A stretch of DNA of 64,000 bases, from IMG/VR virus record IMGVR_UViG_3300045988_047044, positions 32,182-96,181 of that record; one strand, written 5' to 3'. The notes below the pieces were generated by a model. The model worked only from the letters and a program-made list of their open reading frames with translations, was not told the origin of the DNA and ran no database searches. The position numbers were made by a program, and so were the translations under genes. This document shows positions 48,499-57,834 of the stretch, in pieces. The stretch comes from a virus. Positions within the stretch are counted from its first letter, which is position 1. Each line of letters begins with the position of its first letter.

Positions 48499-48838
48499 AA
48501 TTAATCTAATGAGTTACCTATACACTCACGAGGTTTTAGTGAAACGTTAATAAAGAACTAATTAGTTTCAGTCTATTGACTTACCTTATAGCATCGCCAC
48601 GTAAAGGCTTAGTCATGATGCCACTCCCGTCACGGGAGGATATGCTGTAATAAAACGAACAAAAATATTATTACAAGTAAAGGAATCCACCTTCCTGTGC
48701 CACACTCCTTTGCCTTATCTCACGATAAGACATCTCTCCAGTATTAAAGGAAGATACTGTTTGGTATAAGAGATGCTCTGCATTAGTCTCCGGGCGTACC
48801 CATTATGGTGGTAGATTATATTATTCCTACGAAAGTAA

Positions 48839-49138
48839 TCACGCAATGGTTTTACATTTACTCACCTTTAAGATGAGTTCTTGGTCTTCAGGGTCTTTCT
48901 CTAACTGACGTTCTAATCCTTTCATGTAATTGGAACGTTCGTAGCCAGTAAGACTGAATCCTTGCCAGTTCTCCAGACACCATGCTACATAGAATGGATT
49001 GAAGTAACAGACATCTTTCACTTTCTGATTCTTATATTTGCCAATATTAAAGAATCTCCACGAGCTCATTCCTATAGCTGTGGTATATCTATTGTCAACT
49101 CTGCGACAATCATCGTATTTGCTCATAGCTATATACAC
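48839..49138 (-). CDS. hypothetical protein
   Basis: 99 aa ORF flanked by ~340 and ~610 bp ORF-free stretches. Confidence 0.35.
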   Translation of the reverse strand: MYIAMSKYDDCRRVDNRYTTAIGMSSWRFFNIGKYKNQKVKDVCYFNPFYVAWCLENWQGFSLTGYERSNYMKGLERQLEKDPEDQELILKVSKCKTIA

Positions 49139-49749
49139 TTTACCTATTCAGTGTGAGGTTTCTAGTGGTTGCATTTTACACCTAAAACTCTATGAGCAGC
49201 AACTCACATCTATTAGATAGTTTGCGCGCGTTTTATAAAGAAAAACTGGTGCCCTCAATGTCTTGGGAAGTTATTGAGTTTTTTAAATGCCTGTCTTTCC
49301 AGGTTGTATAGCGAATTAATCAATGTGTGTTACTGATTATCCACTTGCTCAGGGTTACTATATCAGAGCCATGAGTGATAGTTTTACAGACCTATCCAAC
49401 TGCTCTCCCAAGGCATCATAAACTTATACAAAACACACTTGTATTGGTCTAAATTTACTTAGCCTTAAAACGGCCCTTTTGGGCAGGGAGAGAATTTAAC
49501 TTCAATTTTTAGGGTAAGTACCGACCAAAGTAACTCACCCATAATTCTTAAAAATATAAAAACATAAGTTAAAGTGAGTTCTTCAAGTTCTTAACAAGAA
49601 GAACCCTTAAAATTGAACATAAGTGGACTCCTGCTTTAGCGTTTTGAAACAGGAACGTTTTAATTTGGGCATTACACGTATTATGTCCGTTTTGCATGTA
49701 AAGGATTCTAAGCATTTGCAACTACTTAGAAGAGCTAAACCCTGTGATG

Positions 49750-50067
49750 TTATCGGTGTGAGGAATAGATGTCTATAATCTCTTTGTAAAAGTCTCTACG
49801 ACCTACGAGATAGTCATCTCCCCAATACTCTACTACCTTCTTAAGACCTTCAATCACTTGATACATAGTAGCGCCATTACTGAAGTATGTTAACAGCTCT
49901 AAATGTCCATGTATGTCCTCTTTACACAAATGCATCCATTCGTTGCCAATTGGATTGTAAATGTATAATATGCTGTTAGTCAAAGGTCTAGCTGGACGTA
50001 GTTTAATTCCGCTTGGATGAATGTATTCGAATACCATAAATGTGCGCATGGTTAACCTGTACACCAT
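49750..50067 (-). CDS. hypothetical protein
   Basis: 105 aa ORF. Confidence 0.35.
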   Translation of the reverse strand: MVYRLTMRTFMVFEYIHPSGIKLRPARPLTNSILYIYNPIGNEWMHLCKEDIHGHLELLTYFSNGATMYQVIEGLKKVVEYWGDDYLVGRRDFYKEIIDIYSSHR

Positions 50068-50084
50068 GAGGTTTTAATTGTTAT

Positions 50085-50339
50085 TTACTTCCAGATAAGT
50101 TTAGAGCCTTTGGAATATGCTACATAAGATTCATCATTAAGTACTACATATAACGAATCAAAGTCGTCTTTGCTTTCATTAAATGCATCTTCAATGTCCT
50201 TCTTATTGTTAGCTTCCTTGACTATTGTCTCTTCGTCTGGGTCAAAGTTCTCTCCTATTAAAGTGTACCAAGTACTTGGTAATTTCCCACAAACTGCATC
50301 AATCAGAGCATCTGTGAAATCGTCTTCGATGTAGTCCAT
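50085..50339 (-). CDS. hypothetical acidic protein
   Basis: 84 aa ORF. Confidence 0.35.
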   Translation of the reverse strand: MDYIEDDFTDALIDAVCGKLPSTWYTLIGENFDPDEETIVKEANNKKDIEDAFNESKDDFDSLYVVLNDESYVAYSKGSKLIWK

Positions 50340-50431
50340 AAATATATATTATTATTGTCAACTCAAATAAAAGGTGAGTATGCATATCTATCACAGACCT
50401 ACATACTCTTAATAATATTCATTTTACACAT

Positions 50432-50629
50432 TCAAACGGTCTGAACTACGTACTTTAGTACTTTATATCTCGTCCCACTCCAAGTGGAGATTTGTTCAAG
50501 CAAATAATAGCCTACTGCTTCCTCAAACAGGGGATTTGTCAGTTTATACATTATACCATTATTTGCATGAATTGCATCGTTCCGATTACGTCCAAATACA
50601 GTTCTTAGTTTTGATTTCTTCGCTTTCAT
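50432..50629 (-). CDS. hypothetical small basic protein
   Basis: 65 aa ORF. Confidence 0.25.
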   Translation of the reverse strand: MKAKKSKLRTVFGRNRNDAIHANNGIMYKLTNPLFEEAVGYYLLEQISTWSGTRYKVLKYVVQTV

Positions 50630-50736
50630 TTCACTATTCAGCTAACTACATACTAACAAATATATCTGAATAAGCATGATAAAAAGAAAGACACAAATAG
50701 ACTTTCTAAATGTGCCTTTCAATAAGAAGTACTTTG

Positions 50737-51219
50737 TTATTCCTTACAATATGCAATAACATTTACGTTCATTTGTGAGCCGTCCCTTGCGACGCTTTCA
50801 AACGTTTCTATCGCCTTTGCGGTTACTTCCGTACCTTGTAAATCTGCAAGACATTCCGCTATTGTCTTATTTTCAAACATATTGAAAATACATTTGTCTT
50901 TGTCCGCCTCTGGAAGAATGTCAACCGGTGTAATACGCTTGTTGTTTTCACGGTCGTTGAAAGACCGGAACAAAGAGTTTATAGATACGTTTCTTGCCAC
51001 TCCATTGACCTCAACGGCAACTTGAAAGAACGTATTGCCATTTACAACGCCCTTTGTAATAGTTCCGTTGAACTCGTTAATTTCAGCGGGAAATTTCAAT
51101 TTGTCGCCTACCTTGATAGAATCAGGATTAACACCCAAACGGTTTAAAGCCGCCGCAATTTCGTTTTTGCTTGCTTTCGGTAACTTCTTGTTAACTTCTT
51201 GTAATTCTGCTAAATTCAT
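50737..51219 (-). CDS. hypothetical protein, first gene of the leftward transcription unit
   Basis: 160 aa ORF whose start faces the divergent switch region. Confidence 0.45.
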   Translation of the reverse strand: MNLAELQEVNKKLPKASKNEIAAALNRLGVNPDSIKVGDKLKFPAEINEFNGTITKGVVNGNTFFQVAVEVNGVARNVSINSLFRSFNDRENNKRITPVDILPEADKDKCIFNMFENKTIAECLADLQGTEVTAKAIETFESVARDGSQMNVNVIAYCKE

Positions 51220-51249
51220 AGTTTAATAATTTATTAGTGAAACAATATA

Positions 51250-51271
51250 GAACGGGCTTATTTACCCGTTC
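51250..51271. promoter_or_regulatory. hairpin in the leader of the leftward unit
   Basis: GAACGGG-CTTATTTA-CCCGTTC: 7-bp stem with 8-nt loop, 30 nt upstream of the 50737..51219 start codon. Confidence 0.3.
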
Positions 51272-51455
51272 TTGATTTAATTTTATACGTTTGCAATTAG
51301 TTCTTTATATTCTGACATTGTGATATAACAACCTGTGAGATTAACACGAACTAAACCGTTTGATAAAATAGTGTACATAAGCTAATAATTTTAAAATGAA
51401 TATTATAAAGCAAAACCAAATGATATAAATCTTTTGATTTTCTCCAAACATGGGT

Positions 51456-51742
51456 GAGGGGTGTGAAGGGTAACACGACTGTCGTATCCGCAATATACAC
51501 AAATCTTGCAATATTCACCCAGCATCCGAGTTGGCAATATATAATATGACAACCCACCCCGGGAGTGGGAGGGGTGTGATTTTGAGCACCCGTACTTGTA
51601 AGTTGGCAATATATATTAATTTCTATTCATCTTACTAATTGCAAGCAAGCCCCGAAGGGGCGCAGATTGCCACAGCACGTCATGAAGTTCCGAGTTGGCA
51701 ATATACTTAATATTAACTGTGAATTTGAGTTGGCAATATATA
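51456..51742 (+). repeat. direct repeats (A)GTTGGCAATATA x4 with GC-rich islands, in the divergent switch region
   Basis: Copies start at 51528, 51601, 51692 and 51727 (spacings 73, 91, 35 nt). A GC-rich motif GAGGGGTGTGA occurs at 51456 and 51569, and a GCCCC-GAA-GGGGC hairpin lies at 51649-51661. Confidence 0.6.
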
Positions 51743-51760
51743 ATATATATTAATAATTAT

Positions 51761-51776
51761 ATTACCATTTGGTAAT
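51761..51776. promoter_or_regulatory. perfect 16-bp palindrome ATTACCA-TT-TGGTAAT (candidate operator)
   Basis: Inverted repeat seen directly in the sequence, between the last direct repeat and the rightward promoter. Confidence 0.4.
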
Positions 51777-51794
51777 ATTGAAATATATAACTAA

Positions 51795-51828
51795 TTTTGT
51801 ATTGTCAAATTAAATAGTAATATATTTG
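51795..51828 (+). promoter_or_regulatory. Bacteroidetes-type promoter (-33 TTTG / -7 TAnnTTTG) for the rightward gene block
   Basis: TTTTG at 51795-51799 and TATATTTG at 51821-51828, with 21-bp spacing, about 45 nt upstream of the ATG at 51873. Confidence 0.5.
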
Positions 51829-51872
51829 CGAACTTAAATCGCAGAATTTAATAACAATTAAAATTTATAACA

Positions 51873-52127
51873 ATGGCTAAAGAAGTTAAAGACTTAACAA
51901 GTAAAGAAGTAGATGAAGTAAAAATATTAAAGACTAGTTTGTCAGAATGTCCAGTAAATACTGATTTAGGATGTAATGAATCAAAGGCAACTAACTGGGT
52001 GAAGTTAGACAATAAAACAACAGATGTAAAATTAGAATTATTAAATAAATTGCAAGACGGACTAGCTAATGGAGCTGGTATTGAATATTTAATGCAACTA
52101 TCTTGCATTTATAATAACATTCGCTAA
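51873..52127 (+). CDS. hypothetical protein (first rightward gene)
   Basis: 84 aa ORF starting about 45 nt after the promoter-like element. Confidence 0.4.
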   Translation: MAKEVKDLTSKEVDEVKILKTSLSECPVNTDLGCNESKATNWVKLDNKTTDVKLELLNKLQDGLANGAGIEYLMQLSCIYNNIR

Positions 52128-52129
52128 TA

Positions 52130-52504
52130 ATGAGACATATTGATAGAATTAATAAGCAGTATGAAGAGAAGGAAGTTAAATTGCTATATGATAAAGCTGT
52201 AGCGTTAATGAATCTTCTTAGTGATGAGGAATATGAACAAGTAATTACAGATAATGCAGATATATTTAAATTAGCATCTCATCCCGAGAGGGGTGAGTTC
52301 TATTTACAAGATAAGCACAACTTAGCCCAGATTGTAGACATATTTAGTAAATTCATTAAAACTAAAGGCCTATCTAAGGACGAATTTAAAATAATGACTC
52401 TAGATGAAGTTAAAGAGTATATGGTTGATGTTATTAATGATATCACATCATTCGAACCAGATGAGCTATTCACAATAGTAAAGAACTTAGAGAAACTTCA
52501 ATGA
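52130..52504 (+). CDS. hypothetical acidic protein
   Basis: 124 aa; its start is 2 nt after the previous stop. Confidence 0.4.
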   Translation: MRHIDRINKQYEEKEVKLLYDKAVALMNLLSDEEYEQVITDNADIFKLASHPERGEFYLQDKHNLAQIVDIFSKFIKTKGLSKDEFKIMTLDEVKEYMVDVINDITSFEPDELFTIVKNLEKLQ

Positions 52505-52574
52505 TAACACAAGAAGTAGAGTTAGTAGAAGAAGCATTGTATAGGAATGCATACATATATCCAGGCTGGAAGTA

Positions 52575-52844
52575 TTGCCTACCTGGATTACTAAAGACAA
52601 TATATTTATGACAGGAGAAGAAATTATAGTAACATTTAAAGAGCCTTGGTATAATGATTATACCAGACGATTATACACTCAATTATCTGAACAAATGATT
52701 AGAGAAGAGATTGAGAGAGTGCATAAAGAACCAATCATTACTAATACTGCATTTGATATAGCAGTAGACAAGGCTTTCTTAGAGTTACTGCATGACAACA
52801 AGGATTTAATTAATATTACAGAACGATACAAGAACCATGAGTAA
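52575..52844 (+). CDS. hypothetical protein
   Basis: 89 aa ORF. Confidence 0.35.
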   Translation: MPTWITKDNIFMTGEEIIVTFKEPWYNDYTRRLYTQLSEQMIREEIERVHKEPIITNTAFDIAVDKAFLELLHDNKDLINITERYKNHE

Positions 52845-53484
52845 AATAGCAACAGAATTAGAAGCTAAGACTATGGGGGGGGGGACTCTCTCGGTAATTG
52901 ATAATAAGTGCTGTACTAAAGCTAGAGCACTTGAATTAGGATGTCAGATTAAAAGTGGATTTAGTTATACTGATAATCAGTTAGTAGAGTTAGAAGGTAT
53001 AGAGGCAGCTATAACTGCTCCAAATGTAATCCTTCATTATGGTTGGCAGGATATGCCAATTAATAATATACAGCAATTTAGAGTACGTTTCTCATTTGTT
53101 AATGAGAGTTCAGTGGATGGAGAGCCGTTTGAGTATTCTGACAATACTATGTACTTTACAATTACTCCAAGATTAGAGCAAGGAGAACGAACGTACACTA
53201 AGACTTTAGCAAATCCTCTTAAATATTACTTAGAGAAATTAGCACTTCCTAACCAAGACCCATATAATACACCTGTTTGGATACGTTTTGAGGGATACGT
53301 GATGCTTAGGCAAGTGTCTCAAATTACATTAGCAGTAGATTCTCAATCTGAGAATTGGGCAGAAGGAGTAACATTTCCTTCATCTGGAAGGTGGGTCAAA
53401 ATGAATAATTCTGGTAGAGTATTTAGATTTACTGGTGGGGAAATAGACCTAAACATAGAACTGTATACAGCGTCAGCGCAATGA
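52837..53484 (+). CDS. hypothetical protein with G10 tract near its 5' end
   Basis: 215 aa; homopolymer G10 at 52875-52884 encodes Gly-Gly-Gly at codons 14-16. Confidence 0.45.
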   Translation: MSKIATELEAKTMGGGTLSVIDNKCCTKARALELGCQIKSGFSYTDNQLVELEGIEAAITAPNVILHYGWQDMPINNIQQFRVRFSFVNESSVDGEPFEYSDNTMYFTITPRLEQGERTYTKTLANPLKYYLEKLALPNQDPYNTPVWIRFEGYVMLRQVSQITLAVDSQSENWAEGVTFPSSGRWVKMNNSGRVFRFTGGEIDLNIELYTASAQ

Positions 53485-53678
53485 TTAAAGTAACTGATAA
53501 TAAAGAAGTAAAGGAAACAGTCCTAGCAGGACTTAAAAGGAATAAAGAGAAGTATGGTAAGAAGTATTGTCCATGCTCTTTAGTAAGAGATGAAGATACA
53601 GTATGTATGTGTAAAGAGTTTAGGGAAATGGAAGAAGGGACTTGCCATTGCCAACTTTATGTTAAAACTAAAGACTAA
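53481..53678 (+). CDS. small Cys-rich protein
   Basis: 65 aa with CPCS...CMCKEF...CHCQ; 4-nt overlap with the upstream ORF. Confidence 0.35.
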   Translation: MIKVTDNKEVKETVLAGLKRNKEKYGKKYCPCSLVRDEDTVCMCKEFREMEEGTCHCQLYVKTKD

Positions 53679-53844
53679 TAATTATGGATGAATTAAAGAA
53701 CCAATTAGCACAGTATTTATGTAGCCAAATTCATAATGGCACTAAGGATTTGATTGAATTAATTGAATCAGAAGACCTTATTAATGAACAGTGGTATAAG
53801 AACTGGAAGGAAGAGATGAGAATCTTACTACAGGAGAAGTAATT

Positions 53845-54084
53845 ATGATAATACTTAGTGGGAACTGTCCTAGGCATCATAATGCCATTATGTTGGAACT
53901 TACAGACTTTGATGATAGTAAAATTTCCTATCTAGCTAGAATATCTAGAGGACATCATGTTGATACTCTGTTAGTTCCTAGGGAATATAAAGATACATTT
54001 GAATCTACAGAACTATATAAAGTATTACTGCCTAATATTAGTATAGGTGATGTACAATTTGCTAAAATATACTATTATGATTGA
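53845..54084 (+). CDS. hypothetical protein
   Basis: 79 aa ORF. Confidence 0.3.
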   Translation: MIILSGNCPRHHNAIMLELTDFDDSKISYLARISRGHHVDTLLVPREYKDTFESTELYKVLLPNISIGDVQFAKIYYYD

Positions 54085-54307
54085 CGTTAGAAAGACATTA
54101 GAGAATTTACATCAGATACTTCCAAACTTATCAATAGAGGACTTATTTAGAGTTCTTGATAACATAGTAGAGATTCCACAATTTAACGTAGGACAGACAA
54201 CTACTATACGTAGAGATGATAGTGGCTGGAGACCATATGACACAGGTACATTTATATCTTATGCTAGTAATGGAATAACACTTAGTGATGAAGGAACTTG
54301 TAAATAA
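54047..54307 (+). CDS. hypothetical protein
   Basis: 86 aa ORF. Confidence 0.3.
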   Translation: MMYNLLKYTIMIDVRKTLENLHQILPNLSIEDLFRVLDNIVEIPQFNVGQTTTIRRDDSGWRPYDTGTFISYASNGITLSDEGTCK

Positions 54308-54494
54308 TTGGAATGAGAAGCATCCCGAATACGTATTGGTACACGGGATGTATTCTTATGTAGACAACGGTCAGTCTAAGGATATGCACATGCTTACTAT
54401 CTTTAATAAGGATAATGAATGTATATGTGAATATAAAGGAGAAGATTTTATTAAATTATATAATACATTAGAAGAAGAATGGGAAGATGCTTAA
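54285..54494 (+). CDS. hypothetical protein
   Basis: 69 aa ORF. Confidence 0.3.
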   Translation: MMKELVNNWNEKHPEYVLVHGMYSYVDNGQSKDMHMLTIFNKDNECICEYKGEDFIKLYNTLEEEWEDA

Positions 54495-54518
54495 TGTTAA
54501 TATAATAGTAAGTGAATT

Positions 54519-54800
54519 ATGGAGAATAAATTAAACGTACCAAAGCTGGAATATAAAACAGGAGAGCCTATGTGGGTTCATTGGGATAATAGATACGTAT
54601 TGCGTGGAGGACATATACTAGGAAAATGCCCAGATGAGAATTTGATAACCACAGTGGGCTACTTGGCATATATGGACGACAAATCAATAATATTGGGAAG
54701 AGGTATTGAGAATCATTGTGATGAGGACGGTACTCGCAGAGTAAAAGATACAATACACATACCAATGAGCTTAGTAGCTAGTTTTGGAAGTTTTGATTGA
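54519..54800 (+). CDS. hypothetical protein
   Basis: 93 aa ORF. Confidence 0.35.
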   Translation: MENKLNVPKLEYKTGEPMWVHWDNRYVLRGGHILGKCPDENLITTVGYLAYMDDKSIILGRGIENHCDEDGTRRVKDTIHIPMSLVASFGSFD

Positions 54801-54806
54801 TGAACT

Positions 54807-55661
54807 ATGATAAATGAGGAGTATAATAAATGGCTAATCCTTTACTTTGATATGCAATCTATAAATTTACAGTTCAATTGTAATGATATAGCATCATCAC
54901 TAAAGGCACAAAGAGATAAGATAAAACAATTCTGTATTGACTGTCTAACAGGAGTAAAACATCAGGCTGACAGCTTTCTATTTGACACAAATGCCTGCAT
55001 ATTCTCTACTCCCGAAACCAGAGAGCTATTGTTCTCGCATGAAGAATATCTCATTCTTGAGGCTGATACTACTAAAGTAGTTGACGGAAAGTATCCCTTA
55101 GACTACGCTAACGAAATAGTAGAATCTAATGTGGACACTATTATTGACTATATAGTACAATCAGGAACAGAAACATATAATGATAGAACCAGTAGAGGAT
55201 TTGGGAATAGGTGGAGTCCTTATAACGAGGAGGAGCGTAAACAAGTAATTAAACTGTTTAACTCTGGAACTTGGTATGATACACTTGGGTCCTTAAAGCA
55301 TTTATATTATGAAAGAACCCCCAAAGGCTTAAGAATGTGTAACCTGACTGACGAACCCTTACAAGCCAATGTTCTAGAACATATAGAAGATATTATTTTG
55401 AACATAAAAGACCATTATGAAACATTTGCCGTTGTTCCTAGAGGTAAATCTAAATTACAAGTTTATATGACAATTAGCAATGGAACAAATGGGGCTGAAG
55501 GATGTATCATTAATCCCATGGAAGATGTGCTGAATGTACTTAAGGACTTACGGAAATGCAAAGGAGTAACTTGGTCACAGCTACTGGAAGTTGGGATAGA
55601 TAATGCAGATGATTTATATTGGTGGTACGTGACATTCTCTATAGACACTACAGCTATATAA
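54807..55661 (+). CDS. hypothetical protein
   Basis: 284 aa, the largest ORF of the rightward block. Confidence 0.45.
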   Translation: MINEEYNKWLILYFDMQSINLQFNCNDIASSLKAQRDKIKQFCIDCLTGVKHQADSFLFDTNACIFSTPETRELLFSHEEYLILEADTTKVVDGKYPLDYANEIVESNVDTIIDYIVQSGTETYNDRTSRGFGNRWSPYNEEERKQVIKLFNSGTWYDTLGSLKHLYYERTPKGLRMCNLTDEPLQANVLEHIEDIILNIKDHYETFAVVPRGKSKLQVYMTISNGTNGAEGCIINPMEDVLNVLKDLRKCKGVTWSQLLEVGIDNADDLYWWYVTFSIDTTAI

Positions 55662-55792
55662 TAAATTGATACCAGCCAGTAGATGCTAGGCACAAAGCCT
55701 AAGATAGTTTTTACATCTTCGTCTTGGTGGTCTACGCCAGTGCGCTCTGACGTATTCTCACTTACCGAGACGGAATCTTATTATAAACAACA

Positions 55793-55828
55793 AAGCCCGA
55801 ACTTAGTTTAATTACTAGGCTCGGGCTT
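55793..55828 (+). terminator. rho-independent terminator of the rightward block
   Basis: AAGCCCGA...TCGGGCTT 8-bp GC-rich stem followed by ATTTTAT. Confidence 0.5.
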
Positions 55829-55951
55829 ATTTTATATAGTAACATTAACAGTTATAGTAGCTGTATCTCCTGTGTTACTATTTTACTCATATTTATTGTT
55901 ATATTAATTCATCTATTAGATTTATAGTTATTCATCTGTCATATTAATTGT

Positions 55952-55959
55952 TATATTTG
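55952..55959 (+). promoter_or_regulatory. Bacteroidetes -7 promoter element TATATTTG
   Basis: Matches TAnnTTTG about 30 nt upstream of the ATG at 55991. Confidence 0.35.
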
Positions 55960-55990
55960 CAGTATTGTTTAACCATTAAATTATAAGATT

Positions 55991-56332
55991 ATGCCATTAG
56001 TAACAATTCCACTCCGATTATTTGGTAAATCACTTAAAGAGTATAACTTCTCTGTATTTACATTACCTGCTACTTTTAAACCGGTAGAGGAGTTTGGTAT
56101 GCTTTATGTTTACTTCTATAAGGATGAAACTACTACTAGATTAATTTATTGTGGTAAAGATACCAATATTCCTCAAAGGCTAGAAGACCACGAACGTGAT
56201 GACAAAGATATTATAGAAGCATCAAATTACATAGGCGTTATATACTATGCTGATTATGAGCAACTCAAAGCTGATGAAGTTGATATATTAGAAGGCAACA
56301 ACTTCGAGAAGAACATTCAACATAATTGTTGA
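55991..56332 (+). CDS. hypothetical protein
   Basis: 113 aa ORF preceded by an AT-rich promoter-like region. Confidence 0.4.
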   Translation: MPLVTIPLRLFGKSLKEYNFSVFTLPATFKPVEEFGMLYVYFYKDETTTRLIYCGKDTNIPQRLEDHERDDKDIIEASNYIGVIYYADYEQLKADEVDILEGNNFEKNIQHNC

Positions 56333-56541
56333 ATTATTTCCATTGGGACAGAATGGATAGGATGCCAGTTCATCCCTCCTTCTGTTCTCATAAAGACATA
56401 ATTATCTTCTTTATTGTACACCATTATAGTACTGTTGGTACATTTAAATAATGCTGTAACTTTTACTTGCCCGTCTTCTTTAGTCATTACTCCACATTCT
56501 AAAACGGGATGTTCCTGCACTTTAGTCCATTTATTATCCAT
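56317..56541 (-). CDS. hypothetical protein
   Basis: 74 aa ORF convergent with the previous gene. Confidence 0.3.
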   Translation of the reverse strand: MDNKWTKVQEHPVLECGVMTKEDGQVKVTALFKCTNSTIMVYNKEDNYVFMRTEGGMNWHPIHSVPMEIIQQLC

Positions 56542-56782
56542 ATTAATCCATTTAATTATTATCAGTTGTATATCTATATGTAAAGTTATTGATTATTAGC
56601 CAATTAAACTAATGTAAGAATGTTAAGTATTGTTACTAGGTTGTTCACCTAGCATATCATCATCTTCCTCTCCCTCTATAAATGCCAAAAGCTCACCAGT
56701 CTTAGCATCTCTTATATATCTAATTCCAGGAGCTACATATTCAGTAACTACCTCTTTATCACCCCACCATGGTACAAATGTG

Positions 56783-57751
56783 TTACTCATTATCATAATT
56801 GTTAATAATAGTAGTTGCAGGAACTACCCCAAATCCATACTTATTAAATCTTCTCATAAATTCATTCTTATCCTTAATTATATAATTAAATAGAAGTCTA
56901 AGATTTCTAAGTCCATTATTCTCACTAGTCCCCACATAAGGATTATTATTAATAAGTCTATCAATCTCATCAACACTCTTGAAGTTGGGAACTCCAGACT
57001 TACCTGCTCTTTGTTCAAACTCTATTAAGGGATGCAATTGGGAGTTAAACTCTGAAGGAATGGTTAGATATTTATATTTATTTCTAACACTTACTTCGTT
57101 ATACTCTGGATGTTCTTTCATTATCCGTTTAACAAACTCATCTTCTGATACTATATTGTCCTTCATTAGAGCTTGTAGCCTAGGTCCTCCAGTCTTAGCG
57201 TACTGATGATACTCAGTTGGAGTCATATCTTTTAATAATGCTGCTTGCACAGTTTCTATTCCATGCTTAGCTTCATGACCCGGTACATGAGCAAAATCGT
57301 CCCTAAGTATCTCAAAGGCAATTCTATCGAAGTCTTTAGTAGTTAGTATTTCCTCACTAGGGACAGACCTAGAGAACTTTATTATATCATTATCCAAACC
57401 TACATCTCTCTTATTTCTGGGAAGTACAGTTAAGTTTCCATTGTTATATCTATCGACAAATCTCTTAGCTGCTTCGCCATACTTAGTCCCTAATTCTGCA
57501 TCTATACTAGCGATTCTCTGTTGCGTTTCAGGATTTAGTAGATATTCCACGAAATTCTGTATGTTCTTATTAATGTCTAAATCACCATTCATAGAAGTTC
57601 CTGTATCAATGAACTGGCTCTTCTCTAATGGCTTAGCTCCTTTCTTAAACACTCTACCATTCTTCAAATCATCTCTAAGACTAAAGATTACTTGGTTATT
57701 AGAATATCCATTATCATATACATTATTAAAGATTACCCCGTCAGCACTCAT
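56783..57751 (-). CDS. hypothetical protein (virion or lysis module)
   Basis: 322 aa ORF downstream of the large glucosaminidase-domain gene. Confidence 0.45.
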   Translation of the reverse strand: MSADGVIFNNVYDNGYSNNQVIFSLRDDLKNGRVFKKGAKPLEKSQFIDTGTSMNGDLDINKNIQNFVEYLLNPETQQRIASIDAELGTKYGEAAKRFVDRYNNGNLTVLPRNKRDVGLDNDIIKFSRSVPSEEILTTKDFDRIAFEILRDDFAHVPGHEAKHGIETVQAALLKDMTPTEYHQYAKTGGPRLQALMKDNIVSEDEFVKRIMKEHPEYNEVSVRNKYKYLTIPSEFNSQLHPLIEFEQRAGKSGVPNFKSVDEIDRLINNNPYVGTSENNGLRNLRLLFNYIIKDKNEFMRRFNKYGFGVVPATTIINNYDNE

Positions 57752-57834
57752 CTTATCAGCTGCTCGTTCTAATGCTGCCCTGTTAGGTACATCACCTACA
57801 GTAACTATTGGTCTCTCTAACTCTAAATCACTTT

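Noticed and set aside
49139-49749. Considered whether ORF-free stretches hide genes recoded with TAG or TGA read-through (given the CTA suppressor tRNA).
   Set aside because: Spot checks show all three stop types (tta/cta/tca on the plus strand) scattered in every minus-strand frame. The DNA is very AT-rich and low-complexity, so it looks genuinely non-coding.
51528-51742. Considered whether the four AGTTGGCAATATA direct repeats could be a CRISPR mini-array.
   Set aside because: The repeat is only ~13-16 nt, the spacings are irregular (73/91/35 nt) and there are no cas genes. An iteron, operator or promoter-element interpretation fits better.
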